From positions 1 through 64,000 of the forward strand of contig CAWHCF010000008.1 of assembly GCA_963827655.1 (NCBI GenBank): DNA of 64,000 bases, in the 5' to 3' direction. This stretch comes from an uncultured Acidobacteriota bacterium (lineage in GTDB: Bacteria; Acidobacteriota; UBA6911). This document shows, one piece after another, positions 32,843-45,102 of this stretch (position 1 is the first letter of the stretch; each line of letters opens with the position of its first letter). A model generated the notes under the pieces. The model searched no databases and was not told the origin of the DNA. It saw nothing but the letters and a program-made list of their open reading frames with translations. Position numbers and translations under genes: made by a program.

Positions 32843-34234
32843 CTATTTGGCGCTCGGCGGCGGTTGCAAGCGGTTTCCGAACCATCGTGGCTCGGCGAGT
32901 TCGGCGTTCCAGGCCTTCCAGGCGGCTGCCATTGCCTTCGCCTTCTCAGGCTCACGCTCGGCGAGATCCGTCTTCTCCCCGATGTCCACCGCGAGGTTGA
33001 ACAGACGCGCTCCGGTCGCATCGTCTTCGGCGGTGCGCCGGCGCAGCTCAGGCGTCGGGCCGTCGGGCGCCTTGACGAGCTTCCAGTCTCCCATCCGGAT
33101 CGCCATGTGCTGCGCGAAGCGCCAGTAGAGCGCACTGTGAGGGGCCTTGCTCACCCGGCCCTCGAGGTGCGGCAGCAGGTCGACGCCGTCGAGCTTCCAA
33201 TCGGGTCGAAGTTCGACTCCGGCGGCGGCGAGCGCGGTGGGAAGGATGTCGAGCTGAATGACGGGCTGGTCGTACAGCTTCCCGGCCGGGAGCCGGCCCT
33301 TCCAGCGGACGAGAAAGGGGACGCGGATTCCCCCTTCCCAGGTCTGGGCCTTGTAGCCGCGAAGCGGGCCGTTGCTCGACCCGTTGACGACGGGTCCGCC
33401 GTTATCGCTGATGAAGAATATCAGGGTGTTCTCTTCCAGACCGAGCTGCGCGAGACGCGCCACGACGGCGCCGATCGCGTCGTCCATTGCCGCCATCATC
33501 GCCGCATAGGTGCGGCGCCGTTCGTCCTGGATCTGCGGGAAGCGGTCGAGGTACTTGCCGGTTGCGTGCATCGGGTTGTGGACCGCGTTGAAAGTCAGAC
33601 AGAGGAGCCAGCTCTCCTTTTGATGGCTTTCGATGAACGCAAGCGCCTCGCGCCGGAAGGCGTCGGTGAGGTACTCGGGCTCGTTCACCGGCGCGGTGCC
33701 ACGCAGGATCGGGTTTGCCGGATCGGCCTTCGCGTCGAGGTACGAGTGCGCGCCCCCCAGGAAGCCGAAGTAGAACCCAAAGCCGCGCCGCAGCGGATGA
33801 AATTCCGGTTCGTCGCCCAGGTGCCACTTGCCGACCATGCCGGTGGCGTAGCCGGCGCCGCGCAGCCGCTCAACCAGCGTGCGTTCGGTGAGCGGAAGGC
33901 CGAAAGTCTTGTCTGCCCGGCTCGCCGCCCCCGGGTTGAATTCATGGCCGTAACGCTGCTGGTATCGGCCGGTCATCAGTCCCGCGCGCGTCGGACTGCA
34001 ATAAGGCCCGCTGACATAGCCGTTGGTACAGCGCACTCCCGTCCGGGCGAGCGCGTCGATGTGGGGCGTGGCGAGGTCGCGCGCGCCATGCACGCCGATG
34101 TCGCCGTACCCCATGTCGTCGCCGACGATGACCAGAATGTTCGGCTTGCGCTGAGCGGCCGCTTCCGATGCGGCGGCGACCAGCGCGACAATGCCAAAGA
34201 ACAGACACCGCGTGAATCTTGCTGCCTTACGCAT
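32843..34234 (-). CDS. Sulfatase (formylglycine-dependent)
   Basis: PNIL..DDMGYGD, CSPTRAGLMTGRY, GKWHLG, SDNG; signal peptide. Confidence 0.93.
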   Translation of the reverse strand: MRKAARFTRCLFFGIVALVAAASEAAAQRKPNILVIVGDDMGYGDIGVHGARDLATPHIDALARTGVRCTNGYVSGPYCSPTRAGLMTGRYQQRYGHEFNPGAASRADKTFGLPLTERTLVERLRGAGYATGMVGKWHLGDEPEFHPLRRGFGFYFGFLGGAHSYLDAKADPANPILRGTAPVNEPEYLTDAFRREALAFIESHQKESWLLCLTFNAVHNPMHATGKYLDRFPQIQDERRRTYAAMMAAMDDAIGAVVARLAQLGLEENTLIFFISDNGGPVVNGSSNGPLRGYKAQTWEGGIRVPFLVRWKGRLPAGKLYDQPVIQLDILPTALAAAGVELRPDWKLDGVDLLPHLEGRVSKAPHSALYWRFAQHMAIRMGDWKLVKAPDGPTPELRRRTAEDDATGARLFNLAVDIGEKTDLAEREPEKAKAMAAAWKAWNAELAEPRWFGNRLQPPPSAK

Positions 34235-34486
34235 CGCGCCCTCCATGGGTATCTGCTGAGAGTTCTTCTTTAGGGTGTACGTACGGAAATTGTCAAGGCG
34301 AAATCGACGTGACGTAAGCAGTAAAGCGTGCAAGGCTCGCGGTTCGCCGGGCCAATCAGCTGGCAGCGGGAACGAGGCGCTCTCGCGGCATCCGGGAATG
34401 TATGAGAGGGGAGTGAGGGCGCTATCGCCTTCTTCAACCGAGTATCTTGTGGTTGCTCGGTTGAGATTGAGCCGCAACCGCGAGGC

Positions 34487-35047
34487 TCAGGCGTCCTTCG
34501 GTTCTGACAGCCGGGGTAAAGGCCGCCTGACCAGCATGAAGATCGAGATCAGGTAAACAACCACGATGATCGCGGGAATGACAACGAAGCGCTGCGACGG
34601 GAACATGAACCATGCGATAACGATGAGAATGGTGCGGCTGATGCCGTGAAAGAGTCCGACCGGGTGTTGAAGCATCCACGAAAAAGGAATCCACATAAGT
34701 CCCGCCAGAACGCCGAGGCTCAGCGGAAGGGAAGATCGCTCAACCAGCCAGAAGGGAATCGCGATCGCCCACACAAGGTTGGCCATCAGAATACTCAGAC
34801 CGAAAAGAAGGTCCAACTCGTTGCGAGTCTTCAGCACGTCCTCGCCAATCAAGCGGCCGATCAGGATGCCCATCGGAAAGATCATGCCGGCGCAAATGAA
34901 CAGCGCAAGAGAAGCCGGACCCTCGCGCAGTTGGGTACCCAGGATTCCCGCGACGGTCCAGGCGATGGTGCCCGCAACGGGCATGGCGAGGAAGCGGCTC
35001 CTGCCGAATTCGGCCCGCAGCTCGCGCAGCGTCGGATCAGGTGACAT
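34487..35047 (-). CDS. Multi-pass membrane protein (DUF7010-like)
   Basis: About six hydrophobic helices with RFLAMPVAG..W and GLMWIPFSW; GGAGG precedes the ATG. Confidence 0.65.
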   Translation of the reverse strand: MSPDPTLRELRAEFGRSRFLAMPVAGTIAWTVAGILGTQLREGPASLALFICAGMIFPMGILIGRLIGEDVLKTRNELDLLFGLSILMANLVWAIAIPFWLVERSSLPLSLGVLAGLMWIPFSWMLQHPVGLFHGISRTILIVIAWFMFPSQRFVVIPAIIVVVYLISIFMLVRRPLPRLSEPKDA

Positions 35048-35173
35048 GTTCGGGTCCTCCAGAGGGTTTTGTTGGCGGCGAGCTTTCCCCGCGGCGCCGT
35101 TGTCGTCGGCATTATAAGCTTTCAACCGGCACCGCGTTTGGGCGGAGTTTACTTACGACGATGGCGGAAGGGT

Positions 35174-35523
35174 TGGTGGAGGTGGCGGGAATCGAACCCG
35201 CGTCCGAAAGCCTTCAGCGAATAGAGCCTACATGCTTATCCGATTCGTTTAGTTTCGCGGTCGCGCCGTTCGAACCGGCAAGGACGCCGTGCCGCTAGCC
35301 CTGAAGGTTTTCGGTTCGGATCCCAGAGCTTAGATCCTCACCTAGCCTGCTGATCGACGCCTCGCTCCGGCCTCGCAGGCAAGACCGGTGAGACGTGACC
35401 GCCTAAGCGGCCAGTGCTAACTGAGTGTCAGCAGTTGATTTATTTTCCACGATTGTTTCGAGCCGCGGAGCACTCGGCATGCCTCTACAGCCTCTTGACC
35501 CCCGTCGAATCCAGTTCACCCCC
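35174..35523 (-). ncRNA. ssrA: tmRNA; tag peptide (A)ADTQLALAA*
   Basis: 5' GGGGGTGAACTGGATTCGAC, 3' GCGGGTTCGATTCCCGCCACCTCCACCA, and internal GCTGACACTCAGTTAGCACTGGCCGCTTAG. Confidence 0.97.
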
Positions 35524-35540
35524 TTGAGAAAACAAAGGTG

Positions 35541-35569
35541 ATTATAACTTCAAGGCGGGTCCCGGTCAA
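35541..35569 (-). promoter_or_regulatory. sigma70 promoter of ssrA
   Basis: TTGACC-N17-TATAAT on the minus strand. Confidence 0.8.
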
Positions 35570-35764
35570 ACACTCGTCTCGGCCCGACCGCAACGCAGGG
35601 CTGCAAGCGAATTGCTCCTGGTTTTTCTTCGTGTCGTCGTGTCTTCGTCGTTAGAGCCGTCTAGCGAATACCACTAACGCTCAAAGACACGAAGAAATAC
35701 CAGGAACCTTGCCCCAAAAAAGCGGATTTCCTTCACCCAGATTTAATATTTTGATTCAATCCTG

Positions 35765-35793
35765 TTGACAGCCGCAGGGCCGGTGCGTAGAAT
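35765..35793 (+). promoter_or_regulatory. sigma70 promoter of M23 peptidase gene
   Basis: TTGACA-N17-TAGAAT. Confidence 0.75.
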
Positions 35794-35891
35794 CTCCGAA
35801 TCTTTGAGCGTTCCGTTACGGCTATCGCTGGCTAAATCAGTGGTTTAGCACTTATGCCAGACCGTGATCTTTGATAAAGAAAGGGGGTTTG

Positions 35892-36767
35892 ATGCTAGAG
35901 AAGAGACTTCCTGCCTTCCTTGTAATCTCGCGCAGAGATGCTGAATCGTGGCGCTTGTTTTATTGTTTTCTTGCCTTAGTCGGATTAATCGCAGCCATTG
36001 TTGGGATACTTCAGTTTGGTCAGATGCAGCTTAGGGTAGCGGATTATGACCGCGTCCTGGCTGAGAATGATGCCTTTCGCGCCGAAAACCACAACTACCG
36101 AATCCAGACCGCTCAACTTGGTGAGAAGATCGACTTCCTTGAGGCTACTTCGCGCCAGTTAATGGTCCTATCAGACGCTTCTTCCACCAATGCTCTGGGG
36201 GGTGTGGGCGGGTTTTCCAAGGAGAGTCTCAAAAGACCCCCCTCCGCTTCCGCAGGATCGCTCCAGAGCATCGACCTGTATAACCGAAAGGTCATCGAGT
36301 TAGAGAATCAATACCGCGGCTTGAGCCAGACCTTGTCGGAAACGGCGTTGGTCGCCGCGGCGACGCCGCTGTTCCTGCCGGTCAAAGGATACGTCACGGG
36401 CGGGGTTGGCCGCCGAAGCGATCCTTTTAATCCATCCATGCCGGACTACCATACCGGAATTGATATATCCGCTCCTTACGGGAGCCGCGTGGTGGCGCCC
36501 GCCGACGGGACTGTGCTGTTCGCCGGCCAGAGACCTGGTTATGGCAATATCGTGGTGATTGATCACCGGTTCGGAATAGTGACGCGTTATGGGCATCTCT
36601 GGAAATTCAGTGTCGAGACCGGCCAGTTCGTCTCACGCAACGATGTGATCGGCTACGTCGGAAGCTCGGGGCGCAGCACCGGTCCACACCTGCATTACGA
36701 GTTGTGGGTGCATAACCGCGTGGTGAATCCACAGAGATTCCTTCGCTTGTCGAACAGAGTAGGGTAG
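35892..36767 (+). CDS. M23-family metallopeptidase
   Basis: TM, coiled coil, HTGID, YGH, STGPHLHYE. Confidence 0.92.
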   Translation: MLEKRLPAFLVISRRDAESWRLFYCFLALVGLIAAIVGILQFGQMQLRVADYDRVLAENDAFRAENHNYRIQTAQLGEKIDFLEATSRQLMVLSDASSTNALGGVGGFSKESLKRPPSASAGSLQSIDLYNRKVIELENQYRGLSQTLSETALVAAATPLFLPVKGYVTGGVGRRSDPFNPSMPDYHTGIDISAPYGSRVVAPADGTVLFAGQRPGYGNIVVIDHRFGIVTRYGHLWKFSVETGQFVSRNDVIGYVGSSGRSTGPHLHYELWVHNRVVNPQRFLRLSNRVG

Positions 36768-37007
36768 TCCTCGAATACTCCCCGCTCAAACGCCTTCAGC
36801 AAAATCTGAAGTTTTCGTGTCGCTACTCGAAGTTGCGCCTTCGTGTTAATGCGGCCGAGCTTCGCCCGCCAAACCGCGTGAACTAAAACCACTCCTAAGG
36901 CGCGAGGACACTAGGGTTGCGGGTATGCGAGCTCCGCAGGGTTGGTTGACTCGGTAGGGTGCATCTGTTAGATTACGCCATTTATATCCGGCCGGAGATT
37001 CTCCTGC

Positions 37008-39675
37008 ATGATCAACACCATCATCACCAAAATCATCGGCAGCAAGAACGAGCGCGATCTGAAGAAAATCGAACCCACGGTTCAACGAATTAACGACCTG
37101 GAAACGGAAATAGGCCGGCTGTCAGATCTTGAACTGGCCGAGATGACCCCGAAGTTTCGCCAGCGATTGACCGAGGGCGAGACGCCTGACGACATTCTCC
37201 CCGAAGCTTTCGCGGTGGTGCGCGAAGCTGCCAAGCGTGTCCTCGCGATGCGCCACTACGACGTGCAGCTCGTCGGAGGGATGGTCCTGCACCAGGGCAA
37301 GATCGCTGAAATGAAAACCGGTGAAGGGAAGACCCTCGTGGCCACACTACCAGCGTACCTGAATGCGCTGGAGGGGAAGGGCGTGCACATTGTCACGGTT
37401 AATGATTATCTCGCCGGACGCGACAGCGAGTGGATGGGAAAGGTCTACCGCCTCCTCGGTCTGACCGTGGGTTGCATTCAGCACCCCCTTACCGATGCTG
37501 AGCGCCGGGTCGCTTATGCGCGCGGATATTACCTACGGAACAAACAACGAATTCGGCTTCGACTACCTCCGGGACAATATGAAGTACGACCTGGCCGATT
37601 GCGTCCAGCGCGGCTTCAACTATGGCATCGTCGACGAAGTAGATTCGATTCTGATTGACGAGGCCCGCACCCCGCTTATCATCTCAGGCCCAGCCGAGGA
37701 ATCCACCGACAAGTACTACAAGATCGACAGGATCCTTCCCAAGCTGCGGCGTGATGTTGACTTTCAAGTCGACGAGAAGGCGAGAACGGTAAACTTGACC
37801 GAAGAAGGGGTCGAGAAGGCCGAGAAGCTTCTGGCGGTCGGCAATCTCTTCGAACCCCAGAACATGGACTGGGTGCACCACATTTACCAGGCTCTCAAGG
37901 CCCACCTCCTCTTCAAGCGCGATGTCGATTACATGGTCAAGGATGGCCAGGTCGTGATCGTGGACGAATTCACGGGACGCTTGATGCCGGGACGCCGCTA
38001 CAGTGACGGTCTTCACCAGGCGCTGGAGGCGAAGGAGAATGTGAAGATCGAGCGGGAAAACCAGACCCTGGCCACGATCACTTTTCAGAACTACTTCCGG
38101 ATGTACTCAAAACTGGCCGGCATGACCGGCACGGCGGAGACCGAAGCTCAAGAATTTTACAAGATCTACAAACTCGAAGTCGTGTGCATTCCTCCCAACA
38201 AGACCCTGATCCGCACCGAGTATTCGGACGTGATCTATCGGACTGAAAGGGAGAAGTACAACGCAGTGGTCAACGAGATCAAGGATCTCTACCAATCCAA
38301 TCGCCCCGTACTGGTCGGGACGATTTCGATTGAAAAGTCGGAAAAGCTGAGCACGCTGCTCAAGCGCCAGGCCATCCCTCATGTGGTGCTGAACGCAAAG
38401 TACCACGCCAAAGAGGCCGAGATTGTCGCCCAGGCGGGCAGAAAGAAAGCGGTGACCATCGCAACCAACATGGCCGGCCGCGGAACCGACATCCTCCTGG
38501 GCGGGAACCCGGAGTTTCTGACGCTTCAGACCCTGCGTGAGAAGGGAATCGACGCCTCTAGCATTTCCAAGGTCGACTACGATCGGATAAAGGAGCAGTG
38601 GACCTCCGTCTGCGCGAAAGAACACGATGAGGTGGTGGCGCTCGGGGGCTTGCATATCCTCGGAACCGAGCGGCACGAAGCGCGCCGGATCGACAATCAG
38701 CTGCGCGGCCGAGCTGGACGCCAGGGCGATCCTGGCTCGTCGCGTTTTTATCTTTCGCTGGAAGACGACCTCATGCGCATCTTCGCCAGCGATCGCATCT
38801 CGGGGATCATGCAGTCGCTTGGGATGGAGGAAGGGGTTCCGATCGAGAGCAAGCTCATTACCCGGCAGATCGAACGAGCGCAGAAGCAGGTGGAAGCCCG
38901 CAATTTCGAAATCCGCAAACACCTGCTCGAATACGATGACGTAATGAACAAGCAGCGCGAGGCAATTTATGCCATACGCCGCGAGCTGTTGGAGGGGGTC
39001 GATCAGCGGGAATACCTCCTCGAGCTGGCGAAGGATATCATGTTGGACCTGGTGGAGAAGCACACGCCTCGCGAGAAGCCGGCACAGGAGTGGGATGTCG
39101 ATGGCCTGCGCATATCCGTAGGGAACCAGTTCGGTCTGGATCTCTCGAGCTTCGGCGACATACGCGATCTTCCCTTCAACGAGTTGACGGAACGCCTCAC
39201 CGATACCCTCGTCAAGCGCTACGAAGATAAGGAAAAGAGAGTCGGGCCGGAGTTCATGCGCTACCAGGAACGCATGATCATGCTCCAGGTCCTGGATGTT
39301 CAGTGGAAGGATCACCTCTGGGCTCTCGATCACCTGAAGGAAGGGATCGGTCTCCGGGGGTACGGCCAGCGTGATCCGCTGATCGAATACAAGAAGGAAA
39401 GCTTCGAAATGTTCGCCAGCCTCAACGAGAGGCGGGAAGAAGAAAACATCCGCTACCTCTTCCTATTCGAGCCTATGAGCCTGGAAGAGCAGGAAGCGAG
39501 AGAGCGCGAACGCGAGGCGGCGCGGCGGAAGCAGTTGCGCGAGCAGAATCTGGTCTACAGCTCGGGCGACCTGGTTCCAACGGAGCCGCAAAAGCGCGAG
39601 GCGGCCAAGGTGGGTCGAAATGACCCCTGTCCTTGTGGCAGCGGACGCAAGTTCAAAAAATGTCACGGAAAATAA
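37008..39675 (+). CDS. secA: Preprotein translocase ATPase SecA (one frameshift near 37520, probably a sequencing error)
   Basis: [48 protein letters not shown] and the SEC-C motif [11 protein letters not shown]. Confidence 0.97.
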
Positions 39676-41184
<1,509 letters not shown>

Positions 41185-41320
41185 CCCGTGGTCAGCTACC
41201 GGTCTGACTGGCTACTGGCCACTGATCAATGACCACTGCCTTCGCCCACTGAGAAAATTTAGACTTTCTGCGCACGATTCAGATCCTGACATTCGTCGGC
41301 CTTACCCGAGGAATCCCGAA

Positions 41321-41893
41321 GTGGCGGACGTAGAGGAGACCATTCGAAGATTCCTCGGCGGTGATGTCGAGGCCTTTGATCAGCTGGTCCGGGAATGGGA
41401 GGCTAAGGTATTCAACCTGGCCTGGCGATTTCTGGGAAATCGCCACGATGCGCAAGATGTGGTTCAAGAGACCTTTCTTTCGATTTTTCAGTCCTTGAAC
41501 CAACTACGCGACCCGAAAAGCTTTCCTACCTGGCTCTATCGCATCGCCTTGAATCATTGCCGGGCCAATTGGCGGAACCGCTCTTCCAATCTCTCGTTGG
41601 ACGAGTGTCTGGCAGACAAGGAGGGCGAGGAAAAGGGGCTTTCGCTGGCGTCGATGGTCGCGGCACAAAGCCGGGACCCGCTCGAGACGGTCGATCTCGT
41701 TCGGAAAGCGATGATGGGTTTGAGCCAGGATCATCGAATGGCCATTATCTTGAAGGAATATCTGGGACTGAGCCTGGCGGAGGTCGCCGAAGTTATGGAC
41801 TGTCCGCTCTCCACGGCGAAATCCCGCCTCTACCATGGACTGCGTGAAGTCCAGAAGAACCTCAAACGGTTGTTGCGAGCCGGCATGCAATAG
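41321..41893 (+). CDS. ECF sigma factor
   Basis: DAQDVVQETF, FPTWLYRIALN, EVAEVM..STAKSRL. Confidence 0.93.
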   Translation: MADVEETIRRFLGGDVEAFDQLVREWEAKVFNLAWRFLGNRHDAQDVVQETFLSIFQSLNQLRDPKSFPTWLYRIALNHCRANWRNRSSNLSLDECLADKEGEEKGLSLASMVAAQSRDPLETVDLVRKAMMGLSQDHRMAIILKEYLGLSLAEVAEVMDCPLSTAKSRLYHGLREVQKNLKRLLRAGMQ

Positions 41894-41934
41894 GGAGCCA
41901 ATCACCACCGGCTGTACAAAAAGGAAGATCGTTT

Positions 41935-42486
41935 ATGCGATGTGATGAGATTCAGGAAAGACTGGTGGAACTGCTGTACAACGAGCGCGGAACCCCCCCG
42001 GCAAGTGCCGAGTTGCAGGGTCACGTAAACTCGTGTCCAGCCTGCCAGAAGGAGTTGCAGGAACTGGAAGCCGTCCGGAGCGCTCTAAAGATTTGGAAGG
42101 ACGAACCGCCGTTGCGGACCGTTGCCGGCCTGGCTGCGCCGGCTAAGGTCGTTCCGATCCGCACCCGCTTTAGCGTCCTGAAGATAGCCAAATACGGGGC
42201 AGTCGCCGCGATGGTCGCTCTGGCTTTCCTGGCCTGTCGAACGCCGAGATGACCTGGAACAAGGACGGGTTCAGCTTCCGCACGCACCTACTGACGATCT
42301 CCGGTCATCGCCAATTCCGAAGTACTACGATAAGGACTGGAGGTGCGCGCGATAGTCAGGGAGGTCGCGGATGACAGTGAAATCAGGATGATGGAAACGA
42401 ATCGCGTGATGTTGCTGCGAATGATGGAGTACATCGAGCAGGACATGGATGCGCGATTCGTTCGGGCCCAGCATGCCCGAAATTAG
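41935..42486 (+). CDS. zf-HC2 anti-sigma factor (frameshifted after TM)
   Basis: MRCDEIQ..HVNSCPAC and a TM helix; the coding sequence appears to continue in another frame. Confidence 0.8.
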
Positions 42487-42501
42487 AATCGAAACTGACC
42501 T

Positions 42502-43239
42502 ATGCTTCGAAGGAGCCTCGGGAAATCCGAATTCACGGTAGACCCGCGGAAAATCAAGGTGAACAACGCTGGTTGGGCAGTACATCAGTTCCGGTTGGAG
42601 AGCATTTCTCGGCCTCGCCGGAAAGACGCGAAGACGCCACGATTCAGGCGCGCCGGGGGACCAGCAGGTTGGAAGGGACGAGCGCTGTTGATCGTCCTTC
42701 TCTTGACCTGGTCCTTCGCGGCCTCAGGCGCGAAGGGCGCGCAGGAGACCGGAGAAGTGAAGGTGGACTACAAATCTGCGCGCCGCGACATCCAGAATGT
42801 CGAGGTCGCGATCAATACCATCATCGGGGCTACCTTCCCCGGACCCTACGCCGTGGTCCAGAACGCCAGAGGAGTTCATCTGCCGGGGTACGGTTTCATG
42901 TTCACCTTTCTTGTGAACATCCACCGGGCGGTGATCAACACTCCGTTCGGCGAGGTGCGAAACAAGAACATCACGCCCGAAGAGAAGAAGCGCCGGATCG
43001 AAGAATTAAAAGACAAGCTGGTTCGCATGCTGCTCGAAAACGGAGACACGCTCCGGCAGCTCCGAAAAGATGAGTCGGTCAGCGTGGTGGTGTTTGTCGA
43101 AGACCGGAATTTCCCGGGCGATGAGAATCAGAACAAGACCATGATATTGCGGGCCTTCAAGCGAGATCTGGACGAGCTGGCACACAAGGAAAACCGGTGG
43201 AAAGAGCTCAAGCAAAGGATGGAGATCATTGAGTATTAG
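42502..43239 (+). CDS. Conserved exported hypothetical protein of ECF/anti-sigma operon (true start probably near 42670)
   Basis: Signal-like ALLIVLLLTWSFAA and ARGVHLPGYGFMF; the gene overlaps the gspE start. Confidence 0.65.
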   Translation: MLRRSLGKSEFTVDPRKIKVNNAGWAVHQFRLESISRPRRKDAKTPRFRRAGGPAGWKGRALLIVLLLTWSFAASGAKGAQETGEVKVDYKSARRDIQNVEVAINTIIGATFPGPYAVVQNARGVHLPGYGFMFTFLVNIHRAVINTPFGEVRNKNITPEEKKRRIEELKDKLVRMLLENGDTLRQLRKDESVSVVVFVEDRNFPGDENQNKTMILRAFKRDLDELAHKENRWKELKQRMEIIEY

Positions 43240-44956
43240 AGTCGAGGCCCTCAAATCGCGCAGTCTGGTGGGACAGGTTTTTCTGGAACGCGGCCTGGTA
43301 GACGAGGAGGAGCTTCGCACGGCGCTGAATCTTCAGGCTGAGTCGCGGGAAAAACTGGGGAAGATGCTGGTCGACCTCGGGTACATCTCGGAGCGGGATT
43401 GCCTCGCGGTTTTATCGGACCATCTGAACATCCAGAGTATTTCAGGCGTCGAGTATCCGACCGTTCCCGTGCTGGAGAATGTTCTCACCCACCGGTTCAT
43501 GAAGCAGTGCAAATTCGTTCCCGTCGCGCTCGATGCCAACGTCCTTACCCTGGCCATGACGGATCCGATGGATTACTCCACGCTGGATTCGGTTCGGCAG
43601 GCTACGGGCTTCCAGGTGCGCGCCCTGCTTGGGTCCGAAGGCGAGATCATGGATGTGCTGGAGAGACTCTACGGCGCCGCGGCCACCACCCTGGGCCGGA
43701 TCATCGAGGGAATCGACGAAGGCAACATCGACAGCCTCGCCGACGAGATTGAAGACATCGAGCAACTCAAAGACCTGGCCTCGGAGGCGCCGGTGATCCG
43801 GTTGGTGAACCTTCTGATCTCGAGAGCGATCGAGAGCCGGTCCAGCGACATTCATATCGAGCCTTTTGAAAAAGACTTGAAGGTGCGTTATCGAATCGAC
43901 GGCATCCTTCACGATGTGGAATCGCCGCCGAAGAAACTGAAGGCGGCCGTGATTAGCCGCGTGAAGATCATGTCCAAGCTGAACATCGCCGAGCGGAGGT
44001 TGCCCCAGGATGGCAGGATCAAGCTAAAAGTAATGGGGAAGGATGTCGACCTGCGAGTCTCCACGCTGCCGACGCTGTATGGCGAGAGCGTGGTCATGCG
44101 CATCCTGGACAAGAGCAACAACGACCTTTACGACATCCAGCGGTTGGGGTTTCCTGAAGATTCTCGGCGCGATTTCGAAAGAATGATCCGGCGGCCTCAC
44201 GGAATTCTTCTCGTGACCGGACCGACGGGGAGTGGAAAGACCACCACGCTTTACAGCGCCCTCAACACGATTAATCTGCCGGACAAGAAGATCATCACGA
44301 TCGAGGACCCGATCGAGTATCAAATGGACGGCGTGAATCAGATTTCGGTCAACACCCAGATCGGGCTCTCTTTCGGTAACGGATTGCGCCACATCGTGCG
44401 GCAGGATCCGGACGTCATCATGGTCGGTGAGATTCGCGATCTCGAGACCGCGGAGATTGCCATCCGCGCGGCCTTGACCGGACACCTGGTCTTTTCGACG
44501 CTGCATACCAATGACGCTCCCAGCGCGATAACCCGGCTCATCGACATGGGAGCCGAAGACTACCTGATCGCCTCCTCCCTGCTCGGGGTGCTGGCGCAGC
44601 GCCTGGTCCGCGTGATCTGCCCCCATTGCAAAGAGGAGGTCCATCCGGTCGCCGAGATGCTCGACGAAATTGGCTTTAGAGCGGGGGACGGCCGCAGCGG
44701 CAAGGATCGATTCTTCGAAGGAAGGGGTTGTGAGAAGTGCAGCACCACCGGCTTCGTCAGCCGGGTGGGCATCTACGAACTTATGATCATCAATGATGAG
44801 ATCCGCAAGCTCACGATCGGCAGGGCTGATTCCAATGTTCTGCGCAAGAAGGCCATGGAATCGGGGATGCGGTCGCTTAGAGAAGATGGGTGGCTCAAGG
44901 TCCGAAAGGGGATGACCACACTTTCGGAAGTCTTGCGCGTAACCCAGGACGCTTAG
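43229..44956 (+). CDS. gspE: Type II secretion ATPase
   Basis: SDIHIEP, RLPQDG, GPTGSGKTTT, EDPIE, RQDPD, TGHLVFSTLHTN, and CxxC pairs. Confidence 0.95.
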   Translation: MSIRVEALKSRSLVGQVFLERGLVDEEELRTALNLQAESREKLGKMLVDLGYISERDCLAVLSDHLNIQSISGVEYPTVPVLENVLTHRFMKQCKFVPVALDANVLTLAMTDPMDYSTLDSVRQATGFQVRALLGSEGEIMDVLERLYGAAATTLGRIIEGIDEGNIDSLADEIEDIEQLKDLASEAPVIRLVNLLISRAIESRSSDIHIEPFEKDLKVRYRIDGILHDVESPPKKLKAAVISRVKIMSKLNIAERRLPQDGRIKLKVMGKDVDLRVSTLPTLYGESVVMRILDKSNNDLYDIQRLGFPEDSRRDFERMIRRPHGILLVTGPTGSGKTTTLYSALNTINLPDKKIITIEDPIEYQMDGVNQISVNTQIGLSFGNGLRHIVRQDPDVIMVGEIRDLETAEIAIRAALTGHLVFSTLHTNDAPSAITRLIDMGAEDYLIASSLLGVLAQRLVRVICPHCKEEVHPVAEMLDEIGFRAGDGRSGKDRFFEGRGCEKCSTTGFVSRVGIYELMIINDEIRKLTIGRADSNVLRKKAMESGMRSLREDGWLKVRKGMTTLSEVLRVTQDA

Positions 44957-45102
44957 AGATTAAACATAGGAGCGCTTAGTGTTTCTTCGTGTCTTCGTGA
45001 CTTTGTGGTTAGAGGTGCGAAACAAATACCACTAGGACACAAAGACACGAAGAAACACCAAGAAACAAGAAGTCTGAACCAAACCAGGACGCGAAGAAAC
45101 TT

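Noticed and set aside
19943-34273. Long antisense ORFs (e.g. 19943..20920, 22873..23892, 32864..34273)
   Set aside because: These are shadow ORFs opposite well-supported genes, as expected in high-GC DNA.
37495-37658. secA split as a programmed frameshift or pseudogene
   Set aside because: It is a single extra base in a GCGCGC run of an essential gene with no slippery motif. Similar indels are scattered through the window, so sequencing error is most likely.
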